From assembly GCA_039030515.1 (NCBI GenBank), contig JBCCEA010000018.1:1684-65683 (forward strand): DNA of 64,000 nt, given 5' to 3'. The notes under the pieces were generated by a model. It worked only from the letters and a program-made list of their open reading frames with translations. It made no database searches and had not been told where the DNA came from. This stretch comes from Myxococcota bacterium. Lineage in GTDB: Bacteria; Myxococcota_A; Polyangia; Polyangiales; Houyiibacteriaceae. The stretch's first letter is position 1, and each line of letters begins with the position of its first letter. Below are positions 44,954 through 55,267 of the stretch, piece by piece. The translations under genes were made by a program, and so were the position numbers.

Positions 44954-47647
44954 TTAACGGGCATCCTGGCTACGTAGTGCAGCCTGTGCCGCCGCCAATC
45001 GTGCGACGGGGAGCCGTGGTGGTGAGCACGATACGTAGTCCAGCCCGACCTTCTCGCAGAACTGAATGGAGGAGGGATCTCCACCATGTTCGCCGCACAG
45101 TCCGAGTTTGATGTCGGGACGGGTCGATCGCGCACGCTCGATCGCCAGACGGATAAGTTCGCCGACACCCTCGACATCAAGCCTCGAAAACGGATCGACG
45201 GAAAGCAGTCCTCGACCGTCTTCTAGATACTGGGGAAGGAATGCAGCGGAATCGTCCCGAGACACCCCAAAAGTTGTTTGGGTGAGATCGTTGGTTCCAA
45301 ACGAAATGAAGTCCGCAAACGCTGCTATTTTATGCGCCACCATGCAGGCGCGAGGGAGCTCGATCATCGTACCCACCTTGTAGTCGATGCGGTGATCGCT
45401 TCCGGACTGGACTTCGTTTGCGATTGTATCGATATCGACACGCAGCACTTCAAGCTCTTCCGGCAGCGAGACGATGGGCAACATGATCTCTGGAAGGACC
45501 CGATGTCCTCCCCGAGAGGCGAGTAGTGCCGCCTCGAAAATGGCCCTGATTTGCATTTTGTACAGCTGAGGCATGGTGATACCCACGCGCACCCCACGGT
45601 GCCCGAGCATTGGATTGACCTCGTGCATGCGTTCTGCTCGGCTTTTCACGGTAGCTTCAGGTTCGCCCAGCCGCTTTGCGATCACACTCAGCTCGGAGTC
45701 GGTTCTGGGCAGGAACTCGTGAAGTGGCCAATCTAGCAGTCGAATGGTTACCGGCAGACCGTCCATCGACCTAAAGATCTCTAGGAAGTCATCTCGCTGT
45801 ACCGGAAAAAGTGCGTCTAAAAATTGGTTCCGCGACTCGTCGTCAGCTGCAAGTACGACTGCCCTCACGGTTTCCACCCTCTCGGCCGAAAAGAACATAT
45901 GCTCAGTGCGACACAGACCGATCCCTTCTGCTCCGAACGCGCGTGCGGTAGTCGCTGCCGACGGGGTGTCTGCATTGGCGCGAATCCGCATGCGGCGTAG
46001 GTCGTCGGCCCACTGCATGACCTGATCAAACTCAGGCACAGCGGCTGCCGCGCGCACTTCGAGCGCTCCGAGGTAGAGGCATCCGTTGCCTCCATCGATG
46101 GTGACCACGTCGCCGCAATCGAGCTCCAACACACCACTGTCGGAAGATACCGATACTTGCCGCGCAGAATAATCGATATTGAGCGATGAAACGCCCGCTA
46201 CGCAGCACTTCCCGAGCCCTCTTGCGACTACCGCAGCATGGCTGGTCATCCCACCTGTTGCCGTCACGATACCTCGAGCCGCTTTCATCCCGTGAATGTC
46301 TTCCGGACTGGTTTCGCGGCGGACGAGAATGACGTCCATGCCTTCTCCACTCTTTTTTTCCGCTTCAGAGGAGTCAAACACCAGATGACCGGTGACGGCG
46401 CCCGGGCTTGCGGGGAGCCCCCTCGCGAACGGCACGATTCCTTGCCCCTTGAGGGCCTGCTCCGATGGGAGCCGAGCATGCAGAAGCTGGTCGAGGGCGA
46501 CCGCGTCGACCATCGAGATCGCCTCCTCGGGCGTGTGGCTTCCTTCGGCCACCAAGTCGGTTGCGATCCGCACCGCCGCCTGCGCTGTTCGTTTTGCGGC
46601 TCGGGTTTGCAGGATGAATACCCGTCCACGCTCCACCGTAAACTCCACATCCTGCACGTCTCGGTAGTGTGTTTCGAGCCGCTTGAGTTCGCTGCAAAGT
46701 CGCTCGAATACGTCCGGCATGGTGGACTCTAGGGAGTACGTCTCTCTTCCCGGCATGGCACCAGCAGCGGTGAGCGGGTGCGGTGTGCGGATGCCTGCCA
46801 CCACATCTTCGCCCTGGGCGTTTTCAAGAAATTCCCCGTACAGACCCGGTTTTCCATTCGACGGGTTCCTGGTAAACGCCACTCCGGAGCCGCTCGTAGA
46901 ACCCAGATTTCCAAACACCATCGCCTGAACCGTGCACGCAGTGCCTGAATGCTGCGGTATGCCCTGCATCTTTCGGTATCGAATAGCGCGAGGGTTTTCC
47001 CAGCTCGCGAACACGGAGTGAATCGCTCCCCAAAGCTGAGCCTGACAATCCTCAGGAAAGCTCGTGTCGGATTCCTTTTCGATCAGTTCAAGCAGTTTGC
47101 CGCAAAAATCTTGCATCGCATCAGCAGGAATCGAGGTGTCAGGCATTCTCGGATCGCCGAGTTGTCCCTTGAGCTGAACCAGAGCCTCTTCAAAGAGATG
47201 CTGATCAACCCCGATGACGACATTGCCGTACATCTGAATGAGTCGCCGATAGGCATCGAATGCGAATCGCCGATTTTGGCTCTCTGCAGCCAATCCCTCT
47301 ACGGTCGACGCATTGAGTCCCACGTTTAAGATGGTGTCCATCATGCCGGGCATCGACACCGACGCCCCTGATCGCACCGAGATGAGTAGCGGTGCCGCTG
47401 GATCACCAAAGCGCTTGCCCTGGTCCTGCTCCACCCACGCCAGAGCTTCAAGCGCCTGCGCTCTCACCCCGTCCGAAAGATGCCCTTCTCTCCGCAAGAT
47501 TCCGGACACCTCGGTGGTGATCGTAAATCCTGGTGGTACCGGGACTCCCATCCGCGTCATGCGGTTTAAGCCGGTTCCTTTACCGCCGAGGATCTCAACT
47601 ATGTTGTCGGAGGGAGGTTCATCGACGAACCGGTACACGTAATGCAT
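44954..47647 (-). CDS. ppdK: Pyruvate, phosphate dikinase
   Basis: 897 aa. The N-terminus has GGKGTGLNRM. The phospho-His region TATGGMTSHAAVVARG and the C-terminal PEP-utilising TIM barrel (GICRTEHMF; SFGTNDLTQ) are present. Confidence 0.96.
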   Translation of the reverse strand: MHYVYRFVDEPPSDNIVEILGGKGTGLNRMTRMGVPVPPGFTITTEVSGILRREGHLSDGVRAQALEALAWVEQDQGKRFGDPAAPLLISVRSGASVSMPGMMDTILNVGLNASTVEGLAAESQNRRFAFDAYRRLIQMYGNVVIGVDQHLFEEALVQLKGQLGDPRMPDTSIPADAMQDFCGKLLELIEKESDTSFPEDCQAQLWGAIHSVFASWENPRAIRYRKMQGIPQHSGTACTVQAMVFGNLGSTSGSGVAFTRNPSNGKPGLYGEFLENAQGEDVVAGIRTPHPLTAAGAMPGRETYSLESTMPDVFERLCSELKRLETHYRDVQDVEFTVERGRVFILQTRAAKRTAQAAVRIATDLVAEGSHTPEEAISMVDAVALDQLLHARLPSEQALKGQGIVPFARGLPASPGAVTGHLVFDSSEAEKKSGEGMDVILVRRETSPEDIHGMKAARGIVTATGGMTSHAAVVARGLGKCCVAGVSSLNIDYSARQVSVSSDSGVLELDCGDVVTIDGGNGCLYLGALEVRAAAAVPEFDQVMQWADDLRRMRIRANADTPSAATTARAFGAEGIGLCRTEHMFFSAERVETVRAVVLAADDESRNQFLDALFPVQRDDFLEIFRSMDGLPVTIRLLDWPLHEFLPRTDSELSVIAKRLGEPEATVKSRAERMHEVNPMLGHRGVRVGITMPQLYKMQIRAIFEAALLASRGGHRVLPEIMLPIVSLPEELEVLRVDIDTIANEVQSGSDHRIDYKVGTMIELPRACMVAHKIAAFADFISFGTNDLTQTTFGVSRDDSAAFLPQYLEDGRGLLSVDPFSRLDVEGVGELIRLAIERARSTRPDIKLGLCGEHGGDPSSIQFCEKVGLDYVSCSPPRLPVARLAAAQAALRSQDAR

Positions 47648-47707
47648 CGTAAAACCTTGAGTTTGGAGCGCTCTGCCCCGCTATACCTTGGGAATTTGGA
47701 AAACAGC

Positions 47708-49789
47708 TCAAGTGCTGATCAAGTTGAAGTGTGCGATTCCTTTTACGACATCGGCAACCGAGGCGCACAGTGCAAGTCGGTTCCGGCGGACGGCTGGATC
47801 CTCGTCCATGACCAAGACGGTATCGAAGAAACGGTCTACGGGAGCCCGAAGATCGCGAGCCACGGTCTGGAGAGCGGCCCCATAGTCTCGACGTTCCACC
47901 GAAAGCGCAATGGTGCTGCGCACTCTATTAAGCGTGGCCACCAACTCCTTTTCGGCATCCTCCACCAGCAAGGCGGTTTCAACCTGCATTGGATCACTCC
48001 CCTTGCCGATGTTGTACGCGCGCTTGTAGGTGACCGCGAGTGCGTCGTAGTCAGAGGACTTTTTGAACGCATCTACCGCCTCAAGTCGTCGCTGGAAGTC
48101 GCGGACCGACTGCCCGTTCCATGCGGCAAGGCAGGCCTCGATCAGATCCGATGCGTAACGTGAACCGAACATCGATTTGACTCGTGCTCTAAAAAACGTC
48201 GAGAGTGCCGCGCAGGTGCTCGCTCGGTCGCCGAGCGTTCCGGTGGGATAACCATCGAATGCGTAGTCCAGCGCCCCCACAAGATCGATGTCGATGTGTT
48301 CCATCGTGAGTCGAACTACGCCCAGCGCGGCACGTCTCAGAGCGAAGGGATCGGCAGATCCGCTGGGGGTCAGTCCGATCCCGAAACATCCGACCAATGT
48401 ATCGAGACGATCGGCGATGCCGACCAGGGTACCGGTCACCGTCGAGGGGAGCGCATCGTTTGCGCCCTTGGGCAGGTAGTGGTCTCGGATCGCGTCGGCC
48501 ACTTCCCTCGGTTCTTCGTCTCTGAGCGCATAAAACCGCCCCATTTCGCCCTCAAGCTCGGGAAATTCACCCACGACTAGGGTGCCCAGATCTGCCTTGC
48601 ATAGGGTTGCGCTGCGCTTGACTTCAGCGACGGAAATTGGCTTTGTTCTCGGTTCGAATTGGCTGTTTGCGAGATGACCGGCCAGCCGTTCCAGACGCCG
48701 CACCTTATCGCCGATGCTACCCAGTCGGTGCTGGAAGACGACCTGATCGAGCCCGGCAACCCTCGATTCAAGCGTCTGTTTTTGATCTTCGAGCAGGAAG
48801 AATCTTGCGTCAGATAGCCTCGCCCGAAGTACGCGGTCGTTACCCTTGACGATCGCCTCTTTGTTCAAAGCGGTGTTCACGACATTGAGATAGCGAGGCA
48901 GCAGAGTCTCGTCTGCAGCGGATCGCAGCGCAAAGTATCGCTGATGATTTCTCATCACCGAGATGACCACCCCCTCGGGAAGCGACAGGAACTCCTCAGA
49001 AAAGCTCCCCGCAACCACGTTTGGCTCTTCAACTAGCGAGACGCTTTCTTCTATCAAGAACTCGTCTTCGACGATCTGTCCGCAGAGCGATGCCGCCTCT
49101 GCTGCAAGGAGGGCCTTCATTTGGTCCCTGCGCTTCTGGACATCGACCACGACGTGGTGTGCGCGCAGCGCATCGACGTATTCCGAGGCCGACCGCAAGT
49201 CGAATTCCTGAGGACTTAGGAAGCGATGGCCTCGAGACCGACGTCCCGAGTCAACGTCTGCAAACTCGAACGGGACCAGAGTTTCTCCCCAAAGACAAAC
49301 GATCCAGTGCAGCGGACGACCGAAAGAAACTGTGCCCTTTCCCCACCGCATCGACTTCGGGAAGGGAATCCGAGCGCAGAGTTCTGGCATGATAGAGCCT
49401 AAAATCTCAACGGTAGGCCTGCCTCTCTCCTCACGTTGGACCGCCGCATAGGCTCCCTTCTCCGTTTCTACCGATTGGATCGCGGTTGCCGGCATACCGA
49501 GCTTTTTTGCAAACCCGAGGGCGGCCTTGGTGGGTTTGCCCTCGGCATCGAACGCGATGCTCTTTTTGGGCCCTAGGACCAGTTCGGAGAGGTCCCTCTG
49601 TTTCGAGGCTGCCTGCTCGATCGTTAGGGCGAGACGCCTCGGAGTGCCTAGAGCGCTGATGCTCTTGTGATCAATTCGTCCCTTTTTGAGTAGTTCTGCC
49701 GCGAGCTGAGGCATGCTCTGCAGCGCTAGCTTGGCAAAGGATGCGGGAAGTTCCTCAGTGCCCAGTTCAAGCAGTACGTCTTCAGTCAT
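47708..49789 (-). CDS. glyS: Glycine--tRNA ligase beta subunit
   Basis: [11 protein letters not shown] at the N-terminus, a 693 aa length, and an 8 bp overlap with glyQ. Confidence 0.95.
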   Translation of the reverse strand: MTEDVLLELGTEELPASFAKLALQSMPQLAAELLKKGRIDHKSISALGTPRRLALTIEQAASKQRDLSELVLGPKKSIAFDAEGKPTKAALGFAKKLGMPATAIQSVETEKGAYAAVQREERGRPTVEILGSIMPELCARIPFPKSMRWGKGTVSFGRPLHWIVCLWGETLVPFEFADVDSGRRSRGHRFLSPQEFDLRSASEYVDALRAHHVVVDVQKRRDQMKALLAAEAASLCGQIVEDEFLIEESVSLVEEPNVVAGSFSEEFLSLPEGVVISVMRNHQRYFALRSAADETLLPRYLNVVNTALNKEAIVKGNDRVLRARLSDARFFLLEDQKQTLESRVAGLDQVVFQHRLGSIGDKVRRLERLAGHLANSQFEPRTKPISVAEVKRSATLCKADLGTLVVGEFPELEGEMGRFYALRDEEPREVADAIRDHYLPKGANDALPSTVTGTLVGIADRLDTLVGCFGIGLTPSGSADPFALRRAALGVVRLTMEHIDIDLVGALDYAFDGYPTGTLGDRASTCAALSTFFRARVKSMFGSRYASDLIEACLAAWNGQSVRDFQRRLEAVDAFKKSSDYDALAVTYKRAYNIGKGSDPMQVETALLVEDAEKELVATLNRVRSTIALSVERRDYGAALQTVARDLRAPVDRFFDTVLVMDEDPAVRRNRLALCASVADVVKGIAHFNLIST

Positions 49790-50720
49790 CTGCTGCCTCT
49801 ACCTCGCTCAGGGGATGTCCGAGCTCTTCTCGTTGCTGCACCCAAGATTCTGCGCATGCACGCGCGAGCTGCCGCACTCGGCCGATGTACCGCTGTCGCT
49901 CGGTCACGCTTATCGCTCCCCGGGCGTCGAGTACATTGAAGAAATGACTGCACTTGATGACCTGATCGTACGCGGGTAGCACAAGTCGTTTGAGCGGGTT
50001 CCGATCGAATCTAAGGGCGCTCCCCTTACCCTTTTGCGGCGAGAGTCCCAGCAGCCTTCTGCACTGCAGTTCATGATCTTCAAAGAGTCTCAGATGCTGT
50101 TCGATATCGGCTTCTTCAAAGTTGTAGGTACTCCACTCCCATTCCGATCTCTGGAACACCTGACCGTAGGAAATCCCCTTCGCGTACGCTAGGTCGTACA
50201 CATCGTCTACGTCCTGGAGGTACATCGCGATGCGCTCTAATCCGTACGTCAGTTCACCGCTCACTGGACGGCAATCGATCCCGCCACACTGCTGGAAGTA
50301 GGTGAATTGGCTGATCTCGAGACCGTCCAACCATACCTGCCACCCTAGCCCCCAAGCGCCAAGGGTCGGCGACTCCCAATCGTCCTCAACAAATCGAAGG
50401 TCGTGGTCTATGGGGCTCGTTCCGATCGTCCGAAGCGATTCCAGATATCGCTCCTGAATGTCGATCGGAGAAGGCTTGAGGATCACTTGAAACTGATGGA
50501 ACGACTGAAGCCGGTTTGGGTTTTCCCCATAGCGCCCGTCGGTCGGACGGCGAGACGGTTCCACGTACGCCACGTTCCACGGCTCCGGCCCCAAAGCGCG
50601 CAGAAAGGTGTGCGGGTTGAAGGTTCCCGCACCGACCTCCGAGTCGTAAGGCTGAACGAGCAAACACCCGTGTTCACTCCAAAACTTTTGCAGCGTGAGG
50701 ATGAGATCTTGAAAAAACAT
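49782..50720 (-). CDS. glyQ: Glycine--tRNA ligase alpha subunit
   Basis: [36 protein letters not shown] and [16 protein letters not shown] are present. Confidence 0.96.
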   Translation of the reverse strand: MFFQDLILTLQKFWSEHGCLLVQPYDSEVGAGTFNPHTFLRALGPEPWNVAYVEPSRRPTDGRYGENPNRLQSFHQFQVILKPSPIDIQERYLESLRTIGTSPIDHDLRFVEDDWESPTLGAWGLGWQVWLDGLEISQFTYFQQCGGIDCRPVSGELTYGLERIAMYLQDVDDVYDLAYAKGISYGQVFQRSEWEWSTYNFEEADIEQHLRLFEDHELQCRRLLGLSPQKGKGSALRFDRNPLKRLVLPAYDQVIKCSHFFNVLDARGAISVTERQRYIGRVRQLARACAESWVQQREELGHPLSEVEAADD

Positions 50721-50725
50721 CGTGC

Positions 50726-51607
50726 CTATTCCTGCGAGGGTGATTCGGTTTCCTCTTCTGACTCCAAGTCGCTGTCCTCGTCCGGTGGGATATGGCTGCG
50801 GGCTGCGGCGGCGGCCGCTTGACCTTCACGTGCCGCCTCCTCGAGATCGAGCGGCTCACCCATTTTTCGTTCGAAGAGCGAACGACTTTCTTCGCTGAGT
50901 TCGCTGAATTCCTTAAGCGTAGGCAGTTCCTTGAGTGTCGGAAGTCCGAAAAACTCGAGAAAGAAGGTGGTCGTGCCGTAGATCAGTGGACGACCCGGCT
51001 CCTCTTTCCTGCCCAAGATCTTGATAAGCTCCCGCTCGGCAAGCACCTTGACCGCCGACCCTGTATCCACACCCCGAAGCTCGTCTACCTCGGGTTTGGT
51101 GATCGGTTGTCGGTAGGCTACCACCGCGAGCGTCTCCAACTGTGCACGGCTCAAGCGAACGGGACGCTGCCTGGTAAATTGTTGCACATAATCTGCATTT
51201 GAAGCGGCAGTTCTGAACTGATACGCCCCGTTGATGTTCGCCAAGCGAATCCCTCGCTCGCGGTAGTCCTCTTCGAGCTGTGCGAGCGCGTGTGCAACGA
51301 CCGCCGGGCGCGATTTGGCTGCTTTCGCCAGTCCGCTCACGTTCAAAGGTTTGCCTGCGATGAAGAGAATACTCTCCAGCACAGATTTGAGATCCTCATC
51401 TGGGGTTGCTTGTGCCGAATGATCGGAGTTCCAGTCCCGCAGCCGATGTTCTTCCTGCCCGCGCGTCTCTTCGTGTTCTTCACGTCCCTCGTGCGACGAT
51501 TGCCGAGTTGATTCGAGTGCATCAGGCGCAGGTGTGCCCTCGATCTCCGGCGGCGCAGATTCGGACGGAAACGAGTCTGTGCTCCCCATTTGGTCCACTT
51601 CACTCAT
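50726..51607 (-). CDS. scpB: Segregation and condensation protein B with acidic N-terminal and C-terminal extensions
   Basis: [38 protein letters not shown] and GRPLIYGTT are present. I preferred the ATG at 51607 over the TTG at 51619. Confidence 0.85.
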   Translation of the reverse strand: MSEVDQMGSTDSFPSESAPPEIEGTPAPDALESTRQSSHEGREEHEETRGQEEHRLRDWNSDHSAQATPDEDLKSVLESILFIAGKPLNVSGLAKAAKSRPAVVAHALAQLEEDYRERGIRLANINGAYQFRTAASNADYVQQFTRQRPVRLSRAQLETLAVVAYRQPITKPEVDELRGVDTGSAVKVLAERELIKILGRKEEPGRPLIYGTTTFFLEFFGLPTLKELPTLKEFSELSEESRSLFERKMGEPLDLEEAAREGQAAAAAARSHIPPDEDSDLESEEETESPSQE

Positions 51608-51631
51608 CGCTCTCTTCAACCTCTTGATCGC

Positions 51632-52426
51632 CTAGACCTCACTCCCGCTAGGACGCAGCGCAGGTTCCGTTTCCGCTGCGATTCGAGATTCGATTTCGAT
51701 CGGTCCACCAGGATCCGACTGAAAAACGCGCACCAAGCGCGCCTTGGCCATCTCAAGAATCGCCAGAAAAGTCACCACAATATCGTAGGTGGTGCCCACC
51801 GCGTCGAATAGATACTCAAAATTACACTTGCCTGAATCATGAAGTATTGCGGTGATCTGAGTCATTCGTTCTTGGATTGAAATACGCTCGGCACTGATTT
51901 GGAGCGAGAGCCCTTTTTTTTGCTTTTCGAGCACCCTCTGTATCGCTTCCAGCAATTTGAAAATGCTGATCTCCTGAAGAGGCGCCTCCGCGCGCACCTG
52001 CTGAGGTCTTGCCGGTCGCGGAAATACGTCGCGTCCGGTCCAGGGACGATCGCCCAAATCCTCTGCTGCATGACGGTACTTCTGATATTCGAGTAGCCTG
52101 CGGATAAGCGTTGCACGAGGGTCTTGCTCGTCGGCGTCTTCTTCGGAGGGCTCTTCGTACGGGCTTGGGGGCAGCATCATTTTGCTCTTGATGCGAGCAA
52201 GCTCCGCCGACATGACGAGGTACTCCCCTGCCACCTCCAGATTCAGCACTTTCATCATCTGGATATGGGCTAGATATTTTTCTGCGACGAACGCGATGGG
52301 CAGGTCGAGCAGATCGAGCTCATGCTTCTGAGCTAGGTGCAGCAGGAGATCGAGCGGTCCTTCAAACGTGGGGAGTGCGATACGGAAAGAAGGGTCGAGC
52401 GGTGGGGGCAACTCTGCTCGGCTCAT
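51632..52426 (-). CDS. scpA: Segregation and condensation protein A
   Basis: FEGPLDLLLHLAQKHELDLLDLPIAFVAEKYL is present. I preferred the ATG at 52426 (MSRAEL) over the TTG at 52447, which would overlap the upstream gene. Confidence 0.85.
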   Translation of the reverse strand: MSRAELPPPLDPSFRIALPTFEGPLDLLLHLAQKHELDLLDLPIAFVAEKYLAHIQMMKVLNLEVAGEYLVMSAELARIKSKMMLPPSPYEEPSEEDADEQDPRATLIRRLLEYQKYRHAAEDLGDRPWTGRDVFPRPARPQQVRAEAPLQEISIFKLLEAIQRVLEKQKKGLSLQISAERISIQERMTQITAILHDSGKCNFEYLFDAVGTTYDIVVTFLAILEMAKARLVRVFQSDPGGPIEIESRIAAETEPALRPSGSEV

Positions 52427-52427
52427 C

Positions 52428-53087
52428 TTACGATCCAAAGCCGGCAAGCTTGGCGATGCACCATATCAAAACGGTAGTCACTGGACCCAACACGAAGCTC
52501 CCGAGGGTGCGTCCTCCCACCAGGGGTATAAAGAAAATGACCGCAAAAATCAGGAAAGAATACTGCTGCAAGGTCGCTTTCAGACCATCCATAGATGCCG
52601 GAAGCAGGTAGCTTCCATCGAGGGGTGGCAAAGGCACGAGGTTGAACACGGCCAGTAGTGCGTTGAGGTAGAAGAGCTGCTGCAGCAGTTGACCAAGAAA
52701 ATCAGAGTCGTCGAGTTCGAGGGTGAATACCAGTCGAAGTGCCAAAGCGGCTCCAAGAGCGAGCAGGATGTTGGACAGTGGACCCGCGACGGCCGTAAGC
52801 GCTGCGCCGCGTCGCATGCTGACCCCGCGAAAATTAACCGGTGAAAATCGGACTGGTTTGGCCCACCCGAAGACCATGCCGCCGGACAGTATCAGTAAGA
52901 TTGGAAAAATAATCGAGCCAAGCAGGTCGACATGGCTCGCCGGGGAAAGTGTGAGGCGCCCCTCAGAGGATGGAGTCGAGTCTCCGAGCCGAGTTGCCGC
53001 CCAGGCATGAGCGTATTCGTGCACGCAGAGCGAAAAGAGAAGCGCTGGCATCATCAGCGCAATGTTGCGAATGACCTCCGGATTCAC
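52428..53087 (-). CDS. Site-2 protease family (M50) intramembrane zinc metalloprotease
   Basis: HEYAHAWAA supplies HExxH. The protein is polytopic, with a second motif region NLVPLPPLDG. The start is a GTG. Confidence 0.8.
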   Translation of the reverse strand: MNPEVIRNIALMMPALLFSLCVHEYAHAWAATRLGDSTPSSEGRLTLSPASHVDLLGSIIFPILLILSGGMVFGWAKPVRFSPVNFRGVSMRRGAALTAVAGPLSNILLALGAALALRLVFTLELDDSDFLGQLLQQLFYLNALLAVFNLVPLPPLDGSYLLPASMDGLKATLQQYSFLIFAVIFFIPLVGGRTLGSFVLGPVTTVLIWCIAKLAGFGS

Positions 53088-53149
53088 GACCTACTCCGAA
53101 ACCGAGGGTGTAGGTCGCGCTGCTTGATGAGTCAACGCATCCGGTGAGG

Positions 53150-53617
53150 CTATTTCTGCAGCGCGTCGAGCGCGTTCAAGACTTCGTCAACGTGTCCCTT
53201 GACGCGGACTTTCGGAAATCGATGCCTTACGATTCCCGCCGGATCCACGATCACCGTCGAACGAACGATTCCCATCGACTTCTTGCCGTACATATTCTTT
53301 TCACCCCAAGCGCCATAGGCTTCGATCATGTCGCCGGACGGATCGCTGAGCAGCTCAACTTGGAGTGCATGTTTGTCGATGAACTTGCAGTGTTTCTCGA
53401 TGGTGTCTTTGCTGACGCCAATGATCTTCGCGTTGCGCTCACCGAAGGTTTCGGACGCTGCAGTAAAATCCTTGGCTTCGGTAGTGCAGCCTGGGGTGTC
53501 ATCGCGCGGGTAGAAATAGACGACCAGCCAGCTGCCCTTAAACTCCTCGAGTGAACGATTCCCGCCAGCGGAGGTCTCCAAACTGAACTGTGGCGCTCGA
53601 TCTCCCTCGGTCAACAT
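53150..53617 (-). CDS. bcp: Thioredoxin-dependent thiol peroxidase (Bcp / peroxiredoxin Q)
   Basis: GDRAPQFSL and YFYPRDDTPGCTTEA are present. Confidence 0.9.
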   Translation of the reverse strand: MLTEGDRAPQFSLETSAGGNRSLEEFKGSWLVVYFYPRDDTPGCTTEAKDFTAASETFGERNAKIIGVSKDTIEKHCKFIDKHALQVELLSDPSGDMIEAYGAWGEKNMYGKKSMGIVRSTVIVDPAGIVRHRFPKVRVKGHVDEVLNALDALQK

Positions 53618-53704
53618 ATCTAGCCTCGCCTCCGTCCCTCGTGTCTCGAGTTCGTAGTGCCTTCGTGCCGGAAGCGCATCCCGTCACTTCAAGGAAAAGT
53701 TCTT

Positions 53705-53722
53705 ATCGCCCGGGCGATCGCC
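53705..53722. promoter_or_regulatory. Overlapping perfect palindromes ATCGCCCGGGCGAT and GGCGATCGCC in the divergent bcp/SDR promoter region
   Basis: The 14 bp palindrome lies at 53705-53718 and the 10 bp palindrome at 53713-53722. They sit 24-41 bp upstream of the SDR ATG. Confidence 0.25.
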
Positions 53723-53745
53723 GCTCCATGGGCTAAGGTCGGCAG

Positions 53746-54498
53746 ATGACTACGCCCGTTTCTGTGCCGGAAGGCATGCCCGGCGTGACCGAGCTTGCCG
53801 CGATTCGGGGTGCGCGCATCCTGGTGTTGGGCGCTACTGGAGCTGTCGGTTCGGTGGTCGTCGAAAGCTGTCTAGCCCTCGGGGCAGAGGTGATCGCTTC
53901 GGCGCGAACTCGAACTCGACTCGATGAACTCCGTGCGAACCTTGGTCAGCACGATCGCCTTGAGGTCGCGGAGTGTGACGCCACCGATCCTGCGGGGGTG
54001 GAGGCGCTTTTCGCGGCGGTTTCTCGCAAGCGCGAGGTGAGCAACATCGTCCACTGCATCGGAGGCTTCCAGTTTGGCCCGATCAAGGAGCTTGAAACTG
54101 ACGCCGCACAACGCCTGATCGACCTCAACCTGGTGTCGGCTCTTTGGGTGCTCCGAGCCGCATTAAGACGTATGCCCGCCCGTCTTCGCGCGGTGGTGAT
54201 AACGGGGGCTCGGGCGACCACACCTGAAGCCAATTTTGCGCTTTACGGGGCGGCTAAGGCTGCAGTCACCCACCTCGTCGAAGCCGTCGCCCAGGAAGCG
54301 ATGTCGGTCGGCGGCCGAGTCAATGCGATCTTACCCGGAGTCATCGACACGCCCACCAATCGCCGGGCTATGCCGGATGCGGATCCCGAGGGGTGGGTGA
54401 GTCCTCTGCGCATCGCAAAGGCTGTGGTGTGGCTACTCACCGACGCTGCGGACGGGCTCAACGGAGCGCATCTTCGAATGCCCGATAGCGGCGCTTAG
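53746..54498 (+). CDS. SDR family oxidoreductase
   Basis: The Rossmann motif VLGATGAVGS and the catalytic YGAAKAAV (YxxxK) are present. Confidence 0.85.
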   Translation: MTTPVSVPEGMPGVTELAAIRGARILVLGATGAVGSVVVESCLALGAEVIASARTRTRLDELRANLGQHDRLEVAECDATDPAGVEALFAAVSRKREVSNIVHCIGGFQFGPIKELETDAAQRLIDLNLVSALWVLRAALRRMPARLRAVVITGARATTPEANFALYGAAKAAVTHLVEAVAQEAMSVGGRVNAILPGVIDTPTNRRAMPDADPEGWVSPLRIAKAVVWLLTDAADGLNGAHLRMPDSGA

Positions 54499-54521
54499 CA
54501 GGGCGTCGAACCGCTATACGA

Positions 54522-54576
54522 ACGCTCCCTAGATGACTGACGCTCCCTAGATGACTGACGCGAGCTAGATGACTGA
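54522..54576 (+). repeat. About 3 copies of an 18 bp tandem repeat (ATGACTGACGCTCCCTAG) spanning the metallophosphoesterase start
   Basis: ATGACTGACGCTCCCTAG lies at 54533-54550 and ATGACTGACGCGAGCTAG at 54551-54568. ATGACTGAtcc at 54569 begins the main ORF. A partial unit, acgctccctag, lies at 54522-54532. Confidence 0.9.
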
Positions 54577-55267
54577 TCCACGTTCGGTGAGTAGGGCAAA
54601 CCGCGATGGTGAATCGGGCTTGCCGCAAAGCCTCGACGCGTCGACGACTCCGCCAAGGGTGCTGATCGTCGGCGACGTTCACGGGTGCGTCGATGAACTC
54701 GAGGATTTGGTCGCTCGATTCGATCCGCGGAGTGAAGACCAGGTCGTTTTGGTAGGGGATTTGGTGCGCAAGGGGCCTTACTCGGCCCGGGTTATCGAGT
54801 TCATCCGTGCGATCGGCGCTCGGTCTGTGATGGGCAATCACGATCGATATGCAGTCCGTCTATGGGATACCGGCTCCGTGACCGAACTCGAAGCGCACCA
54901 TGTCGCGTTCCTGCGTGAACTACCGCGCACTATTTGGTTACCGGAGTACAACGTTCGGGTGGTTCATGCGGGGCTCTTGCCCGGTCTAGATATGGCGCAG
55001 CAAAGCGAGGAAACACTTTTATTTGTCCGTTCCATAAGGCCCGACGGCACGCCTGCCCGAAACGCGCAAGAGGGCGTGCCCTGGGCCTCACTCTGGCGGG
55101 GACCCGAACACATCGTTTTCGGTCACGATGCGCTGCGCGGTTTCCAAAGCTACCCACTTGCGACCGGCATCGATACAGGCTGCGTCTATGGAAACAAGCT
55201 CACCGGTCTTGTCCTCCCCACGCATACCTTGATCTCGGTACCGGCAAAGCGTCGCTACATCTCATGA
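54569..55267 (+). CDS. Calcineurin-like metallophosphoesterase (ApaH/PrpE-type phosphatase)
   Basis: VLIVGDVHGC, LVGDLVRKGP and MGNHD are present. An in-frame GTG at 54659, just before VLIVGD, is an alternative start. Confidence 0.8.
   Translation: MTDPRSVSRANRDGESGLPQSLDASTTPPRVLIVGDVHGCVDELEDLVARFDPRSEDQVVLVGDLVRKGPYSARVIEFIRAIGARSVMGNHDRYAVRLWDTGSVTELEAHHVAFLRELPRTIWLPEYNVRVVHAGLLPGLDMAQQSEETLLFVRSIRPDGTPARNAQEGVPWASLWRGPEHIVFGHDALRGFQSYPLATGIDTGCVYGNKLTGLVLPTHTLISVPAKRRYIS

Noticed and set aside
48651-48660. A GGTTCGAAT tRNA T-loop-like string.
   Set aside because: It lies inside glyS, has no flanking T-stem or acceptor pairing, and no cloverleaf can be drawn.
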